Positions 18,209 to 28,429 are shown, numbered from the stretch's first letter. The stretch is DNA of 62,046 nucleotides from an uncultured Parabacteroides sp. (GCA_964465405.1 CAYXIX010000001.1:1858-63903); one strand, 5' to 3'. Made by a program: numbers and translations. Notes: generated from the letters alone by a model not told the origin.

Positions 18209-19528
18209 CTACAGCCCGCTGAAGTCCACGCCGTCGAACAGCAGCGAGGGGATGCGCCAGCTGGAGTTGGTGCGCGGGTCGTTGCCCACTTCGGCGAGGT
18301 TGTTCCAGAGCGTGACGAGGTTGCCGGTGATGTTCATCTCCGACACGGGCTGCGCGAGCCTGCCCCCTTCGATGAGGAACCCTTCGACACCGTAGGAGAA
18401 GTCGCCCGTCGTCGAGTTGCTGTTCCCGCCGTTGAAGCCGGTCACGAGGATGCCCTTGCCGACGGACGCCGCGAGCGCGTCGGTATCCTTGTCGCCCGTT
18501 TGCATCGTCAGGATGGAGGGCGAGCTGATGGTCTGCTGCATCTGCATCTTGTTGGCCGCGTAGGTGTCGACGTAGTAGGTCTTCAAGACGCCCGCCTCGA
18601 AGACCGGCATCCGGCGCGTGGCGACCCCCTCGCCGTCGAAGTAGCGCGCGCCCGGGGCCTTCCGCAGGTGCGGCTCATCCGTGAGGGTCAGCTTCGCGCC
18701 CATCACCTTCTGCTCCAGCTTGTCGAGCAGGAAGGAGTTCCGCTGCTGGATGGACGAGCCGTAGAGGGCGTCGATGACGGGCGAGAGCAGGCGCGAGGCG
18801 TTCATGTTGTCTACCACCATCGCGTACTTCCCCGAGCGCGTCTTGCGCTGTCCCAGCTTGCGCAGCGCCCGCTCCAGCGCCTTCGCGCCCAAGCCCTCCT
18901 TCCGCAGCGTGTCGTAGTAGAGCGACGAGTCGTACCAGTAGGCCTCCGGCCGCGCGTCGTCCTCGCCCTTGATGCTGACGCTCGCCACGAGGCTGAATTG
19001 CGAGTTGGCCGTTTCGCCCTCGAAGCCGTTGCTGGCGACCATGTATTTGAATTCCTTCCCGTCGCTGTACGACGAGTTGGCCGAGATGATGCGGGTGTCC
19101 TTGCCCATCATCTCGTCGCAGACGTTCATGGCCAGCGCCAATTTGTCGTCCGGCTGCACGGTGTCGAACGCCGGATCGAGCAGCCCGAGCTCCGGGCCGT
19201 CGCCCTTGTAATAGAGCGCGGCGTCGGGGAGGGTGCGCGCCTTGTCCTCGGCGAGGAAGCGGGTCGAGGCGATGCCGTTGAGGATGAAGCCCTCCAACTC
19301 CTTCCTGTCCAAACGGTTCGTGGAGAACGAGCCGTAGCGGCCGTCGACGAAGAGGTTGATGACGAGGTTGTTCTCCGACGCCTGTTGCAGGCGGTCGGTC
19401 TTCATGTCGCGTATCTCGAACGAGCAGCTCGACGCATTGTAGAGGCTGACGCGCGACGCCTGGCAGCCGTTCTTCAGGGCGAATTCCATCGCCCACTGTG
19501 CCAGCTTTTTATTTTCTGTTGTAATCAT
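18209..19528 (-). CDS. pmbA: TldE/PmbA family protein (non-catalytic partner)
   Basis: FDGEGV and TGDFSYGVEG motifs, no HExxxH; follows tldD; start taken at MITTENKK. Confidence 0.85.
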   Translation of the reverse strand: MITTENKKLAQWAMEFALKNGCQASRVSLYNASSCSFEIRDMKTDRLQQASENNLVINLFVDGRYGSFSTNRLDRKELEGFILNGIASTRFLAEDKARTLPDAALYYKGDGPELGLLDPAFDTVQPDDKLALAMNVCDEMMGKDTRIISANSSYSDGKEFKYMVASNGFEGETANSQFSLVASVSIKGEDDARPEAYWYDSSLYYDTLRKEGLGAKALERALRKLGQRKTRSGKYAMVVDNMNASRLLSPVIDALYGSSIQQRNSFLLDKLEQKVMGAKLTLTDEPHLRKAPGARYFDGEGVATRRMPVFEAGVLKTYYVDTYAANKMQMQQTISSPSILTMQTGDKDTDALAASVGKGILVTGFNGGNSNSTTGDFSYGVEGFLIEGGRLAQPVSEMNITGNLVTLWNNLAEVGNDPRTNSSWRIPSLLFDGVDFSGL

Positions 19529-19585
19529 CCGTGTATGCTGTTTAAAAAATGAATTGTCCATTGTCCGTTGTCCATTCCCGATTGT

Positions 19586-21118
19586 TTAACTCTCTCCTCC
19601 CACCGTGAGCTTGCTGACCAGCGCGGAGGGCATGCCGCAGGTCACGGGGCAGGACTGGCCGTCCTTGCCGCACGTCCACGTGCCGTTGTCCATCCGGTAG
19701 TTGTTGCCCACCATCGTGATGTCAGCCAGCGCGCGCGGCCCGTTACCGATGATGTTGATGTCCTTGATGGGCTGCGTGAGGCGGCCGTTCTCGATGAGGA
19801 AGCCGTCCTTGACGAAGAAGGTGAAGTCGCCCGCGCCGATTTGCACCTGCCCGTTGGTGAAGTTTGAGGCGTAGATGCCTTTCTTGACGGTCGAGATAAT
19901 GTCTTCCTCCGTCACGTTGCCCGCCTCCATGTAGGTGGCCCGCATACGCGGAATCGGCATTTGGCGGAACGACTCGCGCCGGCCGTTGCCTGTGGGCGGG
20001 ATGCCGTAATGGCGCGCGCTGATGCGGTCGTGCAGGTAGCTGTTGAGGACGCCCTCCTTGACGATGTAGGTCTTCTGCCCGGCGACGCCTTCGTCGTCGA
20101 TGTTGACCGATCCGCGATTGAACGGGATGGTGCCGTCGTCGACCACGTTGATGTGCTCGTCGCACACCTTTTTGTGCAACTGGTCGGAGAAAATGGAGAC
20201 GTTTTTCCGGTTGAAATCCGCCTCGAAGGCATGCCCGATGGCCTCATGCAGCAGGATACCCGAACCGCCTGCACCCATCACGACGGGCATCTCGCCCCCT
20301 TTGGGCTTGATGGCCCGGAAGAGGATGGAGGTCTTCTCGACGGCTTCTTTCGCGACCTCCTCGATGATGTCGTCCGTCAGGAATTCCGCCCCCATGCGGA
20401 AGGCGCGCGAGGCGTACGAGTTCTCTATCTTCCCGTTTTCTTCCATGATGCAGACGGCGCCGAGCGTGACCATCGGCCGGTAATCGTAATAGGTCTGCCC
20501 CTCCGAGTTGCAAAAGAGGATGTGCGAGGTGGTGTCGCCCAGCGAGGCGATGACTTTGTGAACCCGCTTGTCGAGAGCAAAAATCCGGTCGTTCAGTTTT
20601 TGCAGGTAAGGGGTCTTTGCATTGACCGCCAATTCGTCCCACGGGGTTTGTACGCCGTAGAAGTTATGTTGGATGGGTTCTTCTGTCAAGTTCGCGGGGG
20701 CTTTGCCGGCCGGGCCGTTGGCGATGCGGGCTGCCGTACGGGCAGCTTTGAGCATCTCGTCGAGCGTCACGTTCTCCACGTAAGCGTAGCCTGTCTGGTC
20801 GCCGGCCAAGACGCGGACGCCCATGCCGAAGTCTATGTTTGACGAAGCGCGATTGACGGTGCCGTCTTGTAGCCCGATGTTGTTCCGATACGAATGTTCG
20901 AAGAATAAATCTGCATAGTCTCCGCCTTTTTCAAGTGCGGCGGCAAGTACTTTTTGCATGTCATTTTCACTTACGCCGAAATGGTTGAGTGCAAACGCAA
21001 GGCCTGAGACGTTGCCTGCTTCATTACCGGCGCAACTTCCCAAAAGGGTGGGAGCCGTTAATGTTCCGAGCATAACCATACCTCCTGTTTTGATAAAATC
21101 ACGTCTGTTGATTTTCAT
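19586..21118 (-). CDS. tldD: TldD family metalloprotease with Tat-type lipoprotein signal
   Basis: HEAIGH zinc motif, PIPRMRATY, CGKDGQ; N-terminus MKINRRDFIK...LLGSC. Confidence 0.9.
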   Translation of the reverse strand: MKINRRDFIKTGGMVMLGTLTAPTLLGSCAGNEAGNVSGLAFALNHFGVSENDMQKVLAAALEKGGDYADLFFEHSYRNNIGLQDGTVNRASSNIDFGMGVRVLAGDQTGYAYVENVTLDEMLKAARTAARIANGPAGKAPANLTEEPIQHNFYGVQTPWDELAVNAKTPYLQKLNDRIFALDKRVHKVIASLGDTTSHILFCNSEGQTYYDYRPMVTLGAVCIMEENGKIENSYASRAFRMGAEFLTDDIIEEVAKEAVEKTSILFRAIKPKGGEMPVVMGAGGSGILLHEAIGHAFEADFNRKNVSIFSDQLHKKVCDEHINVVDDGTIPFNRGSVNIDDEGVAGQKTYIVKEGVLNSYLHDRISARHYGIPPTGNGRRESFRQMPIPRMRATYMEAGNVTEEDIISTVKKGIYASNFTNGQVQIGAGDFTFFVKDGFLIENGRLTQPIKDINIIGNGPRALADITMVGNNYRMDNGTWTCGKDGQSCPVTCGMPSALVSKLTVGGES

Positions 21119-21141
21119 ATTATGTTGTTTGTTTATCTGTT

Positions 21142-22383
21142 CTACTTGATTTGTTTGTTTTCTTTTGCCCATTGCATGACGTTGGCTGGCGGGCGTTCTG
21201 CCAATAGCTCTTTCTTCATGAAATCCATGTAAGGCGCGACATGGGAGAAGAACTTCTTATAGCCTTTGCAAAGGTAATTCAATCCCGGTTCTCCCTCTTT
21301 TGTGTGGAGGAAGCGGTTCTTCGGGCACTCGCCGTTGCAGGCAAACAGGTATTCGCATGAGCGGCATTGCGACGGCAGCTTGTCGTGTTTGTCAGCGCCA
21401 AATTGCAACTGACGCCGGCTGTACATCATTTCTGTCAATGTTTGCGTGTAGATGTTTCCCAGTTTGTATTCAGGAAACACGAAATGGTCACACGCGTAGA
21501 CATCTCCGTTGAACTCCATCACGCCGGCATGACCGCAATTGTGTGCCAACAAACAGACGCCCGGCTGCTCGCCAACCCAATTGGCGAGGGTAGAATCGAA
21601 AAGCTGGATGAAATAGCTACCAACGTCCGCTTTCAGCCATTCGTCGAAAAGCGAACAGAGGAAATCTCCCCATTTTTCAGCGTCTACCGAGAACGGTGCC
21701 AGCCGGATGGCGGCATCTTGTTCTTCAGGCGTTGTTAACCGTGTCCCGTTGGCATGGCCGTTGAGCCGTTCCACGATGGGGGTGAACTGGATGTAATGGC
21801 ATTCTATCTCCTTGAAGAAATGATAGAACTCTAACGGGTAGTCGACGTTGTAGTCATTGACTACTGCCATTGCGTTGTATTCCACATCGTGCTTTTTCAA
21901 CAGTTCGATACCTTTCATTACCTTGTAGAATGAGGGGAGGCCTTGTCGGTTTCGCCGATATTCGTCGTGGAACTCTTGCGGCCCGTCTATTGAGATACCG
22001 ACGAGGAAGTTGTTGGCCTTGAAAAAGCGGCACCACTCGTCGTTGAGCAGTGTGCCGTTCGTCTGGATACAGTTGTCGATTTGTCTTCCGCCTCCGTATT
22101 TGCGTTGCAGCTCCAACGCTTTTTTATAGAAACTGATCGGGCGCATTAACGGCTCACCCCCGTGCCACGTGAAGAGCACTTGCGGCATGGTCTGACATTC
22201 CAGATATTCGCGGATGAATTTTTCCAGTAGATGTTCGCTCATGACGGCGTTTCTCACTTCCGGATACAACCTCCCTTTTTCGAGGTAATAACAATAATCA
22301 CACGCCAAATTGCATAACGAACCGATAGGCTTTAACATGACGTACACTGGCCTTGCAAACGGCAAAACAGAAAGATTGCTCAT
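21142..22383 (-). CDS. Anaerobic sulfatase maturase (radical SAM/SPASM, anSME/ChuR)
   Basis: CNLACDYC, WHGGEP, QTNGTL, SIDGP, and a SPASM Cys pattern (CDHF, CRSCEYLFACNGECPK). Confidence 0.9.
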   Translation of the reverse strand: MSNLSVLPFARPVYVMLKPIGSLCNLACDYCYYLEKGRLYPEVRNAVMSEHLLEKFIREYLECQTMPQVLFTWHGGEPLMRPISFYKKALELQRKYGGGRQIDNCIQTNGTLLNDEWCRFFKANNFLVGISIDGPQEFHDEYRRNRQGLPSFYKVMKGIELLKKHDVEYNAMAVVNDYNVDYPLEFYHFFKEIECHYIQFTPIVERLNGHANGTRLTTPEEQDAAIRLAPFSVDAEKWGDFLCSLFDEWLKADVGSYFIQLFDSTLANWVGEQPGVCLLAHNCGHAGVMEFNGDVYACDHFVFPEYKLGNIYTQTLTEMMYSRRQLQFGADKHDKLPSQCRSCEYLFACNGECPKNRFLHTKEGEPGLNYLCKGYKKFFSHVAPYMDFMKKELLAERPPANVMQWAKENKQIK

Positions 22384-22493
22384 GGGCACGATCAAACACG
22401 ATTTTTTATATACGTGCAAATGTACGTCCTTTTGGCGGAAAAAACGAGCTATCGGTTGTAAAAACTTGTTTTATACAGTGAAAACAGATTGAT

Positions 22494-24974
22494 TTATTCG
22501 AGTTCAACAACGGTGATGCCGGCTCCGCCGAATTGGACATGTTCGTCGTGGTATTGGCGGACACCGGGAACGGTATGCAAATAGTCTCGTATTAATTGCC
22601 GGAGGATACCGGAACCGGTTCCGTGAAGAATGCGGACGTGGGAGACTCCGACTTGTATCGCGTCATCAATAAAATAAGTTACGGTTTGGAGGGCTTCGTC
22701 TCCCCGCATACCTCTGACGTCGATTTCCTGCTTGAAATGTAGTCTCTTTTCATGCATCTCATCGGCGGTTTGAGTACTGACAAACGTGCTTTTTTGGATT
22801 TCTTTTTTCAGTTGGTTTTTACTTACTTTTTCTAGTTGTTCCAGTTTGATGCTACTTTTAATCATTCCGAAAGCGACCACCGCCTGTTTGCCTTGTAATT
22901 CCAAAACAGTTCCGGCAGAGGTCTGTCCTTTCAGCCGGACATTGTCGCCTATTTCGACAACATGTGGATTGAAAGACTGCTTGGCAGTTGTGGCAGCATT
23001 GGATTGTGTCTTTTTTCGCTGCTTCCGCTCTTGCAGTTTGGCCATTTTGCGGGTAATCTGGTCGTCTGCTTCGGTGGTCGTTTTAACTGAATCTTTGAAT
23101 GTTTCCAGTGTCTTGCGAGCCAGTTTTGTCTTTTCTTTTTCGGCCTGAGATTCTTTGATTTCCCGGATGGTGTTTTCAATCCGGGCGTTTGCTTCAGCGA
23201 GGATACGCTGTGCCTCTTCTTTGGCTGTACGGATAATTTCTTTCCTTTGGTTATTGACTGTTTCGAGGTCGTGTTCGTAGCGGGCAGTTATCTCCTCCAG
23301 TTTCTTGTTTTGTTGGCGGATGTTCTGCCGTTTGCTTTCCCAATAGCGTTTATCCCGGACAATATCTTGAAGGTATTTGTCCATGTTGATGTAATCGGAA
23401 CCTACTTTGGCAGAAGCATCAGCAATGACATCAGCAGGCAGGCCGATTTTCCGGGCAATTTCGATGGCAAAAGAGCTGCCCGGACGGCCGATTGAGAGTT
23501 TGAAAAGCGGTTGCATCAGATGACGGTCGTAAAGCATGGCACCATTGACGATACCGGTTTTTTCTTCTGCAAAATGCTTTAAGTTCTGGTAGTGGGTGGT
23601 GATGACACCGAAACTGCCATTGCGGTTGAAACGGTCGAGCAAGGCTTCGGCGATGGCACCACCGATTTGGGGTTCTGTGCCGCTTCCGAACTCATCAATC
23701 AAGAGTAAAGTCTTTTCATGACAGTTTTTGACAAAATATTTCATATTCGTCAAGTGTGAACTGTAGGTACTCAGGTCGTTTTCGATGCTTTGTTCGTCGC
23801 CAATGTCGATGAACAGGTTTTCAAATAATCCGGTCTTCGAACTTTCATAGACCGGTATTAGCAAACCGCATTGCAACATATATTGTAACAGACCGACCGT
23901 TTTTAAGCAAACCGATTTGCCTCCGGCATTTGGCCCGGAAATAACAAGCAATCGTTTTTCCGGTTCTAATGTAATATCTAACGGGACGATGGGCTTGCTT
24001 TGTCGTTGTAACGCGAGGTATAACAACGGATGGATAGCTTTTATCCAGTCGATTACCGGACGGTTTTCCATGACCGGTCTGATTCCGTTTATTTGTTCGG
24101 CAAACAGGGCTTTGGCCCGGATGAAATCTATATCGGCCAAGAATTCGTAAGATTGCAGCATGTCGGGAATCAAAGGACGGACGATACCGGTAAATTCGGT
24201 TAGAATTTTAATGATTTCCCGTCGTTCGTCGCTCTCCAGTTCACGGATGCGGTTGTTGGCTTCTACGACCACTTCCGGCTCTATGAATACAGTCTTTCCG
24301 CTGGCCGATTCGTCGTGCACGATACCTTTGATTTTCCGTTTGAAGGCGGGGGCAACGGGAATCATCAGACGTCCGTCGCGCATGGTAGGGGCGACATCTT
24401 TGTCAACGACTCCTTCCGATTGGGCGGCTCGAAGGATGGATTGCAAGTTTCGCGAGATGTTACTCATCGTAAGCGTAATCTCTTTCCGGATTTGCGCCAA
24501 TGCAGGGGAAGCGTTATCTTTGATATGCCCGAACTTGTCTAAGATGGCATCAATTCGGTTGATTAATTGCGGAAAAACACAGATATCTTTTGTCAGAGCC
24601 TGCAATGCTGGATATTGGGGAACATCTTCCTCTTCTTTAGGCGGACGGAAGAAATGAATGATGTCTTGGATGGTTTGGAGCGAACGTTTTAAATCGAAAA
24701 GTTCTTTTTCGTCTAACCACGTTCCCTCCGGGCGAATCCGCTTCAGCGAATAACGGACGTCAAAGAAGTAATTCGCAGGAAATTCTTCTTCCTCACGGAG
24801 AATGTGAACAAACTCTTCGGTCTGTGCCAGACGCATGTTTACCACGTCATAGTCTGCAGAAAATGCCATCTCTGTCACCCGCTCTTTTCCCAGCGGACTT
24901 AAACATTTTTCTGAAAGGAGAAGGCGGATTTGGTCGAATCCCGTCTTTTGTTCAAAATTATGCGGATAAATCAC
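22494..24974 (-). CDS. mutS2: MutS2 family endonuclease/ATPase
   Basis: SGPNAGGKS, LSTYSSH, IDEFGSGT, TTHY; C-terminal Smr domain (IDVRGMR...HGTGSG). Confidence 0.95.
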   Translation of the reverse strand: MIYPHNFEQKTGFDQIRLLLSEKCLSPLGKERVTEMAFSADYDVVNMRLAQTEEFVHILREEEEFPANYFFDVRYSLKRIRPEGTWLDEKELFDLKRSLQTIQDIIHFFRPPKEEEDVPQYPALQALTKDICVFPQLINRIDAILDKFGHIKDNASPALAQIRKEITLTMSNISRNLQSILRAAQSEGVVDKDVAPTMRDGRLMIPVAPAFKRKIKGIVHDESASGKTVFIEPEVVVEANNRIRELESDERREIIKILTEFTGIVRPLIPDMLQSYEFLADIDFIRAKALFAEQINGIRPVMENRPVIDWIKAIHPLLYLALQRQSKPIVPLDITLEPEKRLLVISGPNAGGKSVCLKTVGLLQYMLQCGLLIPVYESSKTGLFENLFIDIGDEQSIENDLSTYSSHLTNMKYFVKNCHEKTLLLIDEFGSGTEPQIGGAIAEALLDRFNRNGSFGVITTHYQNLKHFAEEKTGIVNGAMLYDRHLMQPLFKLSIGRPGSSFAIEIARKIGLPADVIADASAKVGSDYINMDKYLQDIVRDKRYWESKRQNIRQQNKKLEEITARYEHDLETVNNQRKEIIRTAKEEAQRILAEANARIENTIREIKESQAEKEKTKLARKTLETFKDSVKTTTEADDQITRKMAKLQERKQRKKTQSNAATTAKQSFNPHVVEIGDNVRLKGQTSAGTVLELQGKQAVVAFGMIKSSIKLEQLEKVSKNQLKKEIQKSTFVSTQTADEMHEKRLHFKQEIDVRGMRGDEALQTVTYFIDDAIQVGVSHVRILHGTGSGILRQLIRDYLHTVPGVRQYHDEHVQFGGAGITVVELE

Positions 24975-24990
24975 GTTCTCTTTTGCTTTT

Positions 24991-26409
24991 TTATTTGATT
25001 TCTACCGTCACAGACCGGCGAATGGTTGGACGGACAATGAATTCCATTTTTTCTTTTCCTCGTCGGATATTAAATGTACAGGCATTGTTGCCTAAGGGAT
25101 TAATATAAGGAGCATAATAATACAAATAGGAGTAGACTGCCTTGTTGCTGTTTTTTTGAATTGCCTCAGCTACTCGCGGATAGTTGAACGTATCCCAAAA
25201 CATGCAGCGTTTGAATCCGTTTACATCTGTGAATATTGTTTTAGTATCCCGATATTTCATTGTGCTGGTGATGAATCCTCTGTAGGATGCAGAAAATTCC
25301 TCTGCCGTACTGTTTACTTTCAAGTCATTGATTTTTTCGATGATGTCGCCCCCGCGCATCCCGGCAGTGTGGGCAGGCGAATTCTTGTCTACGCTGACCA
25401 CTTGTTCCAAATGGTTGATATCATAGCTTAGTCCGGTATAATTGTATGTCTTTTGATTGACATTGAACTTGACGTTCTGCTGATACCGGACGTATGGATA
25501 TTGCATGCACATCAAAGGTGCATGAATGCGGACATAATCGTCTAAGTGGTATGACTCTTTCAAGAGTTCGTTGGATTCGCATTCCCAAAGGACACGTCCC
25601 GGTACATACTGTTGGTCTACCATTCGAAAACCGAATTGGAGCAGGTATTCGGCTTCTGCTTCTGAAGCCATTGGATTTAAAAACGGCATTTGCTCCATTT
25701 TGCTGGTCAGGAAATTATACCGGTAAGTAAGTTCTTTATCGATAACGATTTTATTGATTCCTTTGTAGTTCGGGTTTTTGTCAAAGAAATAGAAAGTCTC
25801 GATTATGATGTCCGGATTGTCGGTATCGACCACCAACCCTTTTTCGATCAATATTTTTTCAATGCTTGCATTGATTGTGGTTTCGAGTTCGTTGTTGTTT
25901 TCATCGATAGGCGAGAAGGCGAACGTTTTGTATTGTCCAAAGTCTACCGGGTCAGCGGTGGTCGTTGTTTTGAATGGACAGATAAACTCGCGTTCGCTAG
26001 TTGTTTCCAGACTATACATGCAGAATGCCACAGCGAGTTGTTCCTCTGTGATGGCATTGTTTTTTTTGCAATCTTTTTTGATGAGAATTTGCTTGGAAGG
26101 CGTGGAGAGGTTTGCGATTGTCAGCAGCAGTTCGTTTTTCCCCGCCGGGTTCAGCATTTCTGTAATCTCGTCAGCGGTGAGGTTTACAGTTTGGACTCCG
26201 TCGATGGTCAGAATGATATCGTTGAGTTTAACCCCTGCTGATTCTGCGGGTGAATAGGGGATGATGCCCGTGACAACCGGTTTCCCTTTTCCCCAGTGGC
26301 TGCTGTGGCTGACTTCATAGGTGATGCCTAACCGACAAACATCCCAATTTTGGGCAAATAGGGCGACACACGTCAGCTGTAACAAGGCGGATAGAATCGC
26401 TTTTTTCAT
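24991..26409 (-). CDS. Exported PDZ-DUF4136-PDZ domain protein
   Basis: Signal peptide; two SPAxxAG..GD.I PDZ signatures flanking DFGQYKTFAF...PDIII. Confidence 0.7.
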   Translation of the reverse strand: MKKAILSALLQLTCVALFAQNWDVCRLGITYEVSHSSHWGKGKPVVTGIIPYSPAESAGVKLNDIILTIDGVQTVNLTADEITEMLNPAGKNELLLTIANLSTPSKQILIKKDCKKNNAITEEQLAVAFCMYSLETTSEREFICPFKTTTTADPVDFGQYKTFAFSPIDENNNELETTINASIEKILIEKGLVVDTDNPDIIIETFYFFDKNPNYKGINKIVIDKELTYRYNFLTSKMEQMPFLNPMASEAEAEYLLQFGFRMVDQQYVPGRVLWECESNELLKESYHLDDYVRIHAPLMCMQYPYVRYQQNVKFNVNQKTYNYTGLSYDINHLEQVVSVDKNSPAHTAGMRGGDIIEKINDLKVNSTAEEFSASYRGFITSTMKYRDTKTIFTDVNGFKRCMFWDTFNYPRVAEAIQKNSNKAVYSYLYYYAPYINPLGNNACTFNIRRGKEKMEFIVRPTIRRSVTVEIK

Positions 26410-26609
26410 ATTCTTTATCTTTGCTTGATGTATTTTTTATTACACAAAGGTAAAGATATTTTTCTTTCCGGGTAGATGAATTGGCAGCATATTTGATGGC
26501 ATATAAAAAAGAAAGAGGAGAAAACGCAGTGTTCCCGTAAATGTGGAGGAGGATGTGTGTCTTCTTTATCTCTTTGATTATTAGAATATAATAAAAAAGA
26601 TAACGCTGT

Positions 26610-27218
26610 ATGGACAAAACGAATTTGAATAACAAGAAAGAAACTACGGAACCGAAAGAAAATCAAAAGGCGGAAGAAGCGACAAATTTGCAGGAAGAAC
26701 ATGTAAATGCGTCAGCAGAAAATGCGGCATCTGACAATGTGACGGATAAAACGGATGAAACGTTGGCAGATGAAAAAGACTTGCTTCAAAAGAAATATGA
26801 TGAGCTGAACGATTCGCATCTCCGCTTGCGGGCCGAATTTGATAACTACCGCAAGCGCACCTTGCGCGAGAAATCGGAACTTATCAAGAATGGAGGCGAA
26901 AGCGCTTTGACACATTTACTGCCTGTGATAGATGATTTCGAGCGGGCATTGAAGAATATCTGTACGGCAGAAGACATGAAGGCTGTTGCTGAGGGGGTCG
27001 AACTTATTTACTCGAAGTTTGTCTCTTATTTGTCACAGCAGAATGTGAAACCGATAGAGACAATCGGCAAGCCGTTTGATGCTGAGACTTCGGAAGCTGT
27101 CGCCTTGATTCCGGCTCCGGAACCTGATATGAAGGGTAAAGTATTGGATTGTGTGCAGACGGGCTACACGCTGAATGAAAAGGTAATCCGTCATGCAAAA
27201 GTGGTAGTCGGAGAATAA
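26610..27218 (+). CDS. grpE: Nucleotide exchange factor GrpE
   Basis: RLRAEFDNYRKR, LLPVIDDFERA, GYTLNEKVIRHAKVVV. Confidence 0.95.
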   Translation: MDKTNLNNKKETTEPKENQKAEEATNLQEEHVNASAENAASDNVTDKTDETLADEKDLLQKKYDELNDSHLRLRAEFDNYRKRTLREKSELIKNGGESALTHLLPVIDDFERALKNICTAEDMKAVAEGVELIYSKFVSYLSQQNVKPIETIGKPFDAETSEAVALIPAPEPDMKGKVLDCVQTGYTLNEKVIRHAKVVVGE

Positions 27219-27249
27219 GATGATAAGCGAACAGTGAGGATAGATAAAG

Positions 27250-28404
27250 ATGGCGAAGAGAGATTATTATGAGGTGTTAGGCGTCAGCAAGAATGCTACG
27301 GCCGAAGAAATCAAGAAGGCATATCGGAAGAAAGCCATTCAGTTTCATCCGGATAAAAATCCGGGAGACAAACAGGCGGAAGAGAATTTCAAAGAGGCGG
27401 CAGAAGCCTATGACGTGTTGAGCGACCCGCAGAAGCGGCAACGTTATGACCAATTTGGCCATGCCGGAGTAGGGGGCGCATCGCAAGGCGGCTTTAGCGG
27501 CGGGATGTCGATGGAAGACATCTTCTCGCAATTTGGCGATATTTTTGGTGGACACTTTGGCGGTTTTGGCGGCTTCGGTGGCTTTGGCGGTGGCTCGAGA
27601 GGCGGTCGCCGCGTGAATCGCGGTTCGGACTTACGGGTGAAGGTGAAACTGAACTTGAAAGAGATTGCGACAGGTGTCGAAAAAAAAATCAAGGTAAAGA
27701 AGTATGTGACCTGCTCCAAGTGCCACAGTTCGGGTGCGGAAGACGAACATAGCACCAAGACGTGCAACACCTGTCATGGTACAGGCGTTGTAACGCGCGT
27801 GACCAATACTATCTTGGGACAAATGCAGACACAGACAACCTGTCCGACGTGTGGAGGCGAAGGAAAAATCATCACCAAGAAATGCAGCGCTTGTAATGGC
27901 GAAGGCATCGTGCGTGACGACGAAGTAATCACGATAAATATTCCTGCCGGTGTGGCTGAAGGCATGCAGCTCTCGATGAGCGGAAAGGGAAATGCAGCGC
28001 GTCACGGCGGAATCAATGGCGATTTGTTGATTCTCGTAGAAGAAGAGCCGCATCCCGAACTGATACGCGACGAAAACGACCTGCTGTATAATCTCTTGCT
28101 CAGCGTTCCGCAGGCTGCATTGGGCGGAACGGTGGAAGTCCCGACCATCGACGGAAAGGCGAAGGTCAAAATAGATCCGGGTACGCAACCGGGCAAGGTG
28201 CTTCGCCTGCGTAATAAGGGATTACCTTCGGTAAACAGCTACGGCACGGGAGATTTGCTTATCAATGTCAGTGTTTATATCCCCGAAACGTTGTCCGATT
28301 CGGAAAAGAAAATCATGAATGGCTTGGAAAACTCGCCCAATTTCCAGCCCAAGAAGTCGGTAAAAGAAAAGATATTCGATAAGTTCCGTCATATGTTCGA
28401 TTGA
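27250..28404 (+). CDS. dnaJ: Chaperone DnaJ
   Basis: J-domain with HPD, G/F region, four CxxCxxxG repeats. Confidence 0.96.
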   Translation: MAKRDYYEVLGVSKNATAEEIKKAYRKKAIQFHPDKNPGDKQAEENFKEAAEAYDVLSDPQKRQRYDQFGHAGVGGASQGGFSGGMSMEDIFSQFGDIFGGHFGGFGGFGGFGGGSRGGRRVNRGSDLRVKVKLNLKEIATGVEKKIKVKKYVTCSKCHSSGAEDEHSTKTCNTCHGTGVVTRVTNTILGQMQTQTTCPTCGGEGKIITKKCSACNGEGIVRDDEVITINIPAGVAEGMQLSMSGKGNAARHGGINGDLLILVEEEPHPELIRDENDLLYNLLLSVPQAALGGTVEVPTIDGKAKVKIDPGTQPGKVLRLRNKGLPSVNSYGTGDLLINVSVYIPETLSDSEKKIMNGLENSPNFQPKKSVKEKIFDKFRHMFD

Positions 28405-28429
28405 AAGAAACATGGCGTGGTACAACCAT

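Noticed and set aside
15118-20842. Long plus-strand ORFs (374, 547, 511 and 293 aa)
   Set aside because: Antisense shadows of GC3-rich real genes (DUF3857, menD, pmbA, tldD) with no motifs of their own.
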